DNA of 64,000 nucleotides from Veleropilina oligotropha (Eukaryota): NCBI GenBank assembly GCA_048128005.1, contig JBEUKZ010000111.1, positions 1 to 64,000 of the forward strand, read 5' to 3'. Shown piece by piece: positions 55,291 to 64,000 of this stretch (position 1 is its first letter; each line of letters starts with the position of its first letter). The notes under the pieces were generated by a model. It saw only the letters and a program-made list of their open reading frames with translations, ran no database searches and was not told where the DNA came from. The position numbers and the translations under genes were made by a program.

Positions 55291-56492
55291 AAGACACGAT
55301 CCATGACGCCACAAGTCGAATTTATGCGATCATCATATGGTGATTATAAAATAGAGATTATTAATAATGCCAAATTTAAAACCGGATGTAGAATTATATG
55401 ATAATAGCGTTGAAATATGACCCCCATTTTTAAAAATGGATGCTATTTCTACCCGCGAAATAAAAAACAGTGGCAGACATTCGCAGAAATATGACTCATG
55501 ACATCACCAGATAAAAAAAAAATAGAACTGAACGATCATACTAGACCAGAACAACGAAGACTAGCCTATACTAGGCTAAACTAGCTAACATAGCAGCTAA
55601 CCTAAACTAGCTAACATACTAGCTAACATAGCAGCTAACCTAAACTAGCTAACATACTAGCTAACATACTAGCTAACATAGACCATACCAGCTAGGGCTT
55701 GGGGCAGGGTTTGGGTTGGGGTTGACCCAATTAGGGTTAGGGCCAGGGTTGACTTAGGGTTGATGACCCAATTAGGGTTGACCTACTTAGGGTTAGGGCT
55801 GAGGGTTAGGGTTGATGACCCAATTAGGGTTGACCTACTTAGGGTTAGGGCTGGGGTTAGCCACCATATGGGTTGACCTACTTAGGGGCATGGTTGACCT
55901 ACTTAGGGTTGACCCACTTAGGGTTGAGGGTGAGGGTTGATGACCTAATTAGGGCTGACCTAGTTTGGGTTAGGGGTGAGGGGTTAGGGTTGACCTAGTT
56001 AGGGTTAGGGGTGAGGGGTTAGGGTTAGGGTGAGGTTTGATGACCTAATTAGGGTTGACCTAGTTAGGGTGACCTACTTAGGTTGGCCTACTTAGGGTTG
56101 ACCTAGTTAGGGTTAGGGGTGAGGGGTTAGGGTTAGGGTTAGGGTGAGGGTTGATGACCTAATTAGGGTTGACCTAGTTAGGGTGACCTACTTAGGTTGG
56201 CCTACTTAGGGTTGACCTAGTTAGGGTGAGGGGTTAGGGTTAGGGTTAGGGTGAGGGTTGATGACCTAATTAGGGTTGACCTAGTTAGGGGTGAGGGGTT
56301 AGGGTTGACCTAGTTAGGGTGACCTACTTAGGGTGACCTACTTAGGGTTGACCTACTTAGGGCTGACCCAATTAGGGTTGGTGACCTAGTTAGGGTTGAC
56401 CTAGTTAGGGTTGACCTAGTTAGGGTTAGGGGAAACGCCCAAAACCTAGGGTTAGAACCCTAATCTGACCCTCAAGAGACCCTACTACTACT
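55272..56492 (-). repeat. Right terminal inverted repeat (~1.2 kb) with TTAGGG-variant array at ~55695-56457
   Basis: Reverse complement of the left TIR; includes one extra 15-bp unit near 56345. Confidence 0.95.
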
Positions 56493-58147
56493 TACAGTGT
56501 CTACTTTTGGAAGAACAGCAACTGCCATTTCGCCATATATACTCCATAAGTTGATTAACTCTGGCTATTCTCGCTTACATATTTTTTCAGCGAATCCATG
56601 TACCCAACAATTATGACATCATATACTAGTATGCGTATGCACTCATACCAGTTGCATAAGTATTTGCACTTAAAATTCATGGCATACATAATGTCTTAAT
56701 ACAAACCTGGAGCCTCATACAATGCCCATACATCAGATTGCTGCTGGTCTACACGCGACGTAATTCCTCAGGATTAAATAATTCCATTTGACTACAGTCC
56801 CTGGACGATACGTCACAAAATTAATTTAAAAAAATATCGAAATCTCCAGGCTAAAGCCCCACCCACTGATTGCTATATAAACGATATAACAGAGAGATGT
56901 ATATCTCATGAAGTCAAACTTACAACATATATATTGAAGTCATTCAGGCAAAATGTCTGTCAACAGTGTTGATTATGTGCGTAACAAATGGCTACTCTCT
57001 GTTGGACGGCGCAACGTAGACGGAACCGTACTAATGGAATCAATCTCATTGAAACAGTTTTTCGATTATGCCGCACCGCAAACGGAGCCGCAATCGCAAC
57101 CGGATAAATGGATTCATAGGAAGCTCAAACGGACAAATGAATTCCTAGCTTCCATTTGTTCGGTTGTGTTTGCTATGATAGCTGATTTATGTCATGTCGT
57201 TTTTGCGCCCCGCCAAGACGCAGAACGACAAGATGAAATCAAAGTGCTGAAGCACTGAAGGGACGCAAATGCATCAATTCATTATAAGAGCCTTGATTAA
57301 AACATTGTGAATGTTGTTTATATCAAATAATTATTTGTAGGTGAACCTGCATATCGTCACATTATAGTATTTATTATCAATCGATGGTCGTGATCAATTA
57401 ATCACAAAGTAACCGTGTGGTGGGTAAATTTAAGGTCTACCCTCAGGAAATCTATCACAAATTTGCACAGCACCTAGTTTTATTGGCTTAATTATATCAA
57501 TTTGTGCACTGGATGCCCATAGCAAGTACAACATTAATAATTTGGTTGTGTTTCGTTGTGTACAACTCATGCATTTCACCCAGGCGTTAAGTTGTTGGCG
57601 ATGATTTACAATTAACATGATTAGGCCTATTTATTTTGCTGTTCTTCCTAAAAATGGATCTGTGTTCATTTAAAATTGGTCGTTGATATTTTTCTGGGCT
57701 ACTCTGCTTTCAATACTACAAAGTTTTATTGACAATTGGACATTCCAATTCAAGCTACCGAAGTCGATTCCGGGCACAAAAACGTCATAAGGGGGAACTA
57801 ATTGTAGGAATTATTTTAAGTTCCATTGACCTGTTGACTTCAGATATTATATGGTTACATATTAATCAAGATAATATGAAATACAGTGGTGTTGCTGGTA
57901 AATTTATTCATAAATAATAATTTTGTTGCTTATAAATACGTACACAGCGACGCTCACTTTGAGTTTGACATCGACAGCGAAAGTGCTGGTGATACCACGT
58001 GACGGGAACCCTTGATAAATCTGTCAAACTTACTAAATGAGCTGCAAAGTTATTTACAAAATGAATTATTTACAGCGTCGGCTATCCGTTTGCTAGTAGA
58101 AACGAGTAGAAATGTGAGGACGACGCTCGCTGAGGAAGGCACTAACG

Positions 58148-59585
58148 CAGGGGCGGATTTAGGGGGGGGCCGACCCGGCTCCGGCCCCCCCCCTTTTGTC
58201 AGCGGAATGAACCTGTTGAATTTGCATTTCTGTATAAAAATGATGCATTATGGTACTTTTGATAAAACCCAATAACTATTTTGTATATAAACTTGATATT
58301 TTTAATGAGCAAATTAGTATTTATAAAAAATGACACTGATTTTTAACAAGTCTGATAGTCTTCGAAGTCCGAATCGATAATGCTTGAAGTTCCGTACCGT
58401 TGCTCGCTATTTGTCAAGTATTTAAATTTTTCGTGCTTTTTCCGACACCAGAAGCGATGATCCCTTGTGACCACAACGAAAATTTTACACTACAAAGCAA
58501 TTTGCAACCTCGATTTATCACCATACACTAACAATGATAAACATTGTATTTGCACTCTAAGAATGCTGAAAGGGGCATTCACACTGTTAATTATCAAAAT
58601 TAACATATTTCATAGTCAATTTACAACCTTTTACTCATATATAGTAGCGAAAATGGTCTTAAATGTTAGTAAAAACACATCGTATTTGCATTTTCAGAAT
58701 GCAGGAGAGGGAGTTTGATAGTTTCATAATTATCATAATTTTCTTCTATTTTACTCAATACATAGTGGTGAAAATATTCATAAAAACATCGTATTTGCAC
58801 TTCCAGAATGCAGGAGAGGGGTTTCACACCGTTAATTGTCGAAATTTTCCTCCGCGTGAGACATTAATTCTCATAGTAGATGTCAAATTGCAGCTTTTTT
58901 CATATTCATATTAGTGGAAATGTCCATAAATATTGGTAAACAACATTGTATTTGCACTCTCACTATGCAGGAGAGGGGGTTTCATGCCGTTAATTATCAA
59001 ATTTTTCTTCAATTTGCAACATATTTCTTATACATAGTGGCGAAAATGTTCGTAACAAAGCGTCGTATTTACACTGTCATACTGCAGGAGATGCGATTTG
59101 CATCATTAATCGTAGAAATTGTTCTCCGTGTGACACATGTTTCATAGTAGGTTACATGTCAGATTCCACCTTTTACTCTTACATACATAGCAAAATATAT
59201 GTTTCTTAATGTAGGTAAAACATCGTATTTGCATTCATTTTTGTGTGTAGTTAACGATATAAATTTATAATGTATTATATAATTCAAATGTTAGAATAAA
59301 GCGCCATAAAAATACGGGAATTTATGCCAGATTCGACGCATACTTTAATTACATCAATGAAGAGTATGCCTGCAGCCATTCTAAGATTATTGGCTTTTAT
59401 CGTAATTTTAGCTCATATTTTCGGTCTATTAAAGTCTAATTTTAAGATAATTGAAGTGGTCAATATAAATGCTAGAGTGCAGGAGAACGGTATCGAAGAC
59501 CTTTTATAACGAAAAAATTTCGACCCCCCCCTCCCCCTTAGCAGACTACGGCCCCCCCTTTTCAGAAATCCTGTATCCGCCCCTG
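58148..59585. mobile_element. Non-autonomous DNA transposon with short TIRs, 6-bp TSD and internal degenerate repeats
   Basis: CAGGGGCGGAT...ATCCGCCCCTG; TSD CTAACG at 58142-58147 and 59586-59591; internal repeats of CATCGTATTTGCAC..ATGCAGGAGAG. Confidence 0.8.
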
Positions 59586-60999
59586 CTAACGTCATCGCTC
59601 ATAAGACCAGTATTCATGAGTTGTGCTATAAATAGATGCGGAAATCCCAGTTCAGTCACGTGCTCCTTTCATTTCCGATCAACTCTCGTTCGCAGAAACG
59701 TGATTTCGCTATTCTATATCGTTTTTATTTCTAGGGCAGGGGGGATAACTCCGGGTAAGAGCGGGAAAGAAATATTTACATGGCTGTGCGAAGTATATTT
59801 GGGAAAGGTAACCGTAACTGATTCAATTCCTGTGGAAACCGATGATAAAGCATACTATTGGATCTTTCTGTTATCTATGCAAGTAAAATATTCTCCAGCT
59901 GAGGCGCTTACACAGTACTATACCGGAATCAGCCGAGTGATTTCCGTGAACGGTCCTGTAATGTTTTCATGTACAAGCACGATTTCTGCTCGAAAACCAA
60001 ATAACCACACATAGCAATTTTTATTTATGTCGCCTTGACCATTTCCTTATATTCGTCGGCGACATTGACGTCATTATTCTAATTTGAGGTATCGAAAATT
60101 CAAATAATTAAGGCCACATAAGGAAACAACCATATTTGGAAACAACAGCACCTCAGTGACCTGTGGCTACTATCCCGTGCGGAAATACCCCCTGTGAAAA
60201 CAGATGTAATTTACATCTATTCTACGATTAAAGACGTATTTTTATACCTTTTTCGGATTTGTACAAACATAAACACGAAAAGTTGGTCAAATATTTATAT
60301 ATAGTCTTACGAATACTTTTTAGATGTCCATAACCTAATTTGATAGATACATCGCTAATTTATGCAATAAGCCGATAGTGGGAATAGCCATGCAAATATG
60401 GCCGGTTTACCGAAGCAGTAATTTCATTATTTCAATCGCACGTTACAGGTATTTTTGAAACAATTATAATTCAATGATACAGTGACAGTGTTTGTTATTA
60501 AATAGCATAATAGATATGGGATATTGCGTGTAAAGGTAACAAATTCTACTACAGAAGTTGTTGCTGCTTGAAAAATAGGACAGACAAGTGGTGAAAGTGA
60601 CCTACATTGTTGTTCATGCAATTATATCAAAGCGAAATTGGATTGTAGTGGACAGGAGTTTCAAAACTGGATATAACAATATACTCCGCAGTTCCTGCGT
60701 CCCCAAAACGACTAGATACCTCGCCAGAACGACAATACGTACGCCAAAGACGACATTCGTACGCAAAAAACGACAGCGTGCACGCGCCAGAACGATAAAC
60801 CGACAGCTGTAAATGTCGTCTTGGCGCGGTACCACTTTCGTCTTTTCGCCCTATTTTGTCGTCCGGTCGTCTTCGTGCGGACAACAGACATTTATCGGAT
60901 TTATTCACACGAGAAAATACATAGGCCTATTGTTTATCGGATAAAGAGCCATCACACTTCCCACCCAGGCCCGAGATCGCCATCACAACCAAGGGAGTC

Positions 61000-62075
61000 G
61001 CTAACTTTCTCATCACACTCAACCTTTCTAAAGCTGATGAAGCAGACTGCCATTCTGCTAAAGCTAGTCGGAGAAGGTATAGCCCCCATCATAAACACTC
61101 TCTTCCAACAGTCGTTGAGAACTGGAACAGTATCAGATGATTTTAAGACGGCTTTCGTTAGCTCCATATTTAAGAAAGGGCAATATGGTTAGATCCCGGG
61201 AACTATTGGCCCATATCCCTGACCTTTGTGTAAGACATTAGATATATCATTACAAAGAACTATCTATGACACACTTGGGGGTCAACAACATCATCCCCGG
61301 GAACTATTGGCCCATATCCCGGACCTTTGTGTAAGACATTAGATATATCATTACAAGGAACTATATATGACGCACTTGGAGGTCAACAACATCATCCCCG
61401 GGAACTATTGGCCCATATCCCGGACCTGTGTGTAAGACATTAGATATATCATTACAAAGAACTATATATGACGCACTTGGAGATCAACAACATCATTTGT
61501 AACTTCGAGCATAGGTTTAGAGCAAAGAAATCATGCGATATACAGTTGTTGTTTACTATTATACACACGACTTTGCCAACAAGAAACACAGGGATTCTGT
61601 GCTCCTAGATTTCACTAACTTAAAGGCATTTGACCGTGTTGCTCATAAAAGACTATTGCATAACTTGCCTCTTACGGGGTAAAGGTCAGAACTTAGCCTA
61701 GATAGAGTCGTTTCTGGGAAACAGGAGCCAACATGTTGTCCTAGATGGAGCAACATCAGTCTTGTCAGGGGTGAATACTAGTACTCTTTTTGTGTTTTAT
61801 ATAAGACTCTTCTGACAAAGTTCCAACATCAGGCTGCTTGCAGACGATGCCCTGCTACATAGGGTCATCGACGACTGATATATAGGGTCATCGACGATTA
61901 CACTGACTCCTAAGAGCTCTACAAAGATGACAAACATTGAAAGTTGGGCCACAGAGTGGCAGATGGAGTTTAATGCGCGAAAATTCTTTGTCTTACACAC
62001 CACCAACCAGCAGAACGCCCAACACGAGAACTACACACTCAATGGTGTGCAACTCAAGACAGTCAACAGCCATGA
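61000..62075 (+). pseudogene. Degraded CR1-type LINE reverse transcriptase
   Basis: LFQQSLRTG..IFKKG, PGNYWPISLT, GFRAKKSC, KAFDRV.H, LADD and WATEWQMEFN across several frames. Confidence 0.8.
61195..61495. repeat. ~100-bp tandem triplication within RT remnant
   Basis: CCCGGGAACTATTGGCCCATATCCC..TCAACAACATCAT occurs three times. Confidence 0.9.
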
Positions 62076-63177
62076 ACTCATTCCAGCCCACATAGGAGCT
62101 GTCTGTATATGTATCCGATTGTTGAATGTAGATGTTTCAAAGAATAACATGAATAAAAACACTTTGGACACCACCAAGACGTCAGTAGATATTATTGATT
62201 GTACATTTTATTGTGGCAAATCTAAACATCAGTGATATGCATGCATGTTGGCGATAGCATATATTGGCAATCAGACAGACGACATAAACGTGGTCTCAAA
62301 CCAGTACAGTAAAAATTGCAGAAAACCAGTCATTTTCAACACATGTCGGTCCAGTGGACAATTGATGTTTACAATAACCAAGTTACTATTAATTGTTATC
62401 GCACACATTAGATCATTTTAAAGTTATTATTTTAGCCTATATAATATATGTAGGCTATTGATCATTACTTTATGAACAGTGTTTAAAATTCTTGGTAGTC
62501 CATTGGAGCAGTGTTTTTAAATTTGTATTTCTAACCCAGATAGTTATATGCAATAAATGATTGTCGGGTCAGAAAGAGACCCCAATCCGAAGGAGGTTAA
62601 CTCAGTCTCCGCCATATGACTGAAAAATTGTAAAATTGGTAAAAAAACATAATTATAAAGTCATACATGCATAAAAACGTATAAAATTAAGCTCTCTGAA
62701 ACTTTAACATCATACACACAAAAAGATAAACTATCATCGTGTTAATTTACTAAATGTTATGAAATACGTGACATATTGTCACAGGATGAATATAATTAAG
62801 CGATTGAAATACTGAATATGTCTAAAATAATTTCAATGTTTTAAATATATTAATTTGATATTGAGAATTTCAAGATTTCAATATTTAATACATCTGAGAA
62901 AAATTACTATGATTTGACACAATGAAACCATTAAATTTTAACAAAAGACAGCAGTATAACTTGCGTATTAAAATTGCTACTACATTGCTAACGCGAATGC
63001 AGGCATTAATTATTACAACAGAAATGATGTGATACAAAGCACAAATTTGTTATCTGTTATATATTATTATAATAATATAATAATTATTTGTTATCAGTCT
63101 TAAACTGCGTTAACTTTCAAAGTTCTTCTACGCAATGAATATTAATATTGATAAAATGTTAACTACAAACACGAGAG

Positions 63178-63766
63178 TAAAGTTACGCACCCATGTACGC
63201 GTGATGCGTGTTAACGAAATGCACTGAAATCAATTGCAGTGATTCCATGTGTGCGTGAAGCGTATTACGCATGGCGCTGCGCAAAGATCGCCCAGAAAGT
63301 GTTTCACATGCATCACGCAGCTGCGTAAACAATTTGTTAATACATAAAATAAAAGGAAATTTAAAATTGAAGTCTATATTTAAACTTTATAATTAATTAT
63401 TTTCTAATGAGAATGTATAGGAATACTGAATATTAACACAACTACTTCATTATATGGTCTTAGCAGAAGAGACAATATATTTATGGTCATAATATGGTGC
63501 AGAAAGAATTATATTAAGGATGCCGTATGCTTTCTGATGTTATAAGAGCATAACTGTGGAACAAAATAATTAAAGGATATATAATAGAAATTTTTTAAAG
63601 GTATACTATCTATGTTATCTGTGAAAATACCATATTTAATATTAAATCCTTCTACAGAGCAGAAGTTTACACATCACGCAGAGCTTTTATACGGACACAT
63701 GGGTTCGGTCAATACGCATCACGTTTCTCGCATCATGCATCACGCGTACATGGGTGCGTAGCTTTA
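63178..63766. mobile_element. MITE with ~30-bp TIRs
   Basis: TAAAGTTACGCACCCATGTACGCGTGATGC / GCATCACGCGTACATGGGTGCGTAGCTTTA. Confidence 0.75.
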
Positions 63767-63775
63767 AGCAGCGTG

Positions 63776-64000
63776 TCAATCACTTATATTTCAAGCTTAC
63801 CGTGTCCACATCCAGGGGTAGGTAACATGAAGTAGTCATATCAATCACTTATATTTCAAGCTTACCGTGTCCGCATCCAGGGGTAGGTAACATGATACGG
63901 TCATATCAATCATTTGTATTTCAATCTTACTGTGTCTGCATCCAGGGTTAGGTAACATAACATAGCCATATCAATCAGTTTGTATTTCAAGCTTACCTTG
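63776..64000. repeat. ~65-bp minisatellite running off the window end
   Basis: TCAATCACTTATATTTCAAGCTTACCGTGTCC..CATCCAGGGGTAGGTAACATGA repeated about 3.5 times. Confidence 0.9.

Larger units (their letters stand above)
39862..56492. mobile_element. Polinton/Maverick (adintovirus-like) endogenous virus, 16,631 bp
   Basis: Termini AGTAGTAGTAGGGTCTC / GAGACCCTACTACTACT; 6-bp TSD TACAGT at 39856-39861 and 56493-56498; ~1.2-kb TIRs; pPolB, integrase, ATPase, major and minor capsid ORFs. Confidence 0.97.

Noticed and set aside
59469..60014. 181-aa ORF
   Set aside because: Spans a transposon end and its TSD into another dispersed repeat (similar to ~18850-18960); no protein motifs.

Overview
AT-rich metazoan genomic DNA, probably a marine invertebrate, made almost entirely of transposable elements; no host gene can be called with confidence. 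The main feature is an apparently young, full-length Polinton/Maverick (adintovirus-like) endogenous virus at 39862-56492 (16,631 bp). It has a perfect 6-bp TSD (TACAGT), ~1.2-kb terminal inverted repeats starting AGTAGTAGT, and open genes for pPolB, integrase, packaging ATPase, and major and minor capsid proteins. Unusual properties: (1) the TIRs are telomere-polarity CCCTAA/TTAGGG arrays interleaved with ~28 ROR/Rev-erb-type nuclear-receptor sites per end; (2) no adenain protease ORF is visible; (3) it carries a GC-rich 91-aa ORF resembling bacterial polymorphic-toxin RNases; (4) it has a duplicated, covarying pseudoknot-like element; (5) its promoters are dense in E2F, NF-kB, CCAAT, CRE, MEF2 and p53 motifs; (6) its tandem PC4-like gene carries an LxCxE motif and one in-frame stop. 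To the left, a decayed minus-strand LINE (~24140-38480) is interrupted by a BEL/Pao LTR retrotransposon (29866-37700, TSD CATCT) and by a 1.8-kb insertion that contains a tRNA-derived SINE. The rest is HINE-like elements, MITEs/foldbacks, minisatellites and LINE fragments. All protein-family calls come from motif recognition by eye, not from database searches.
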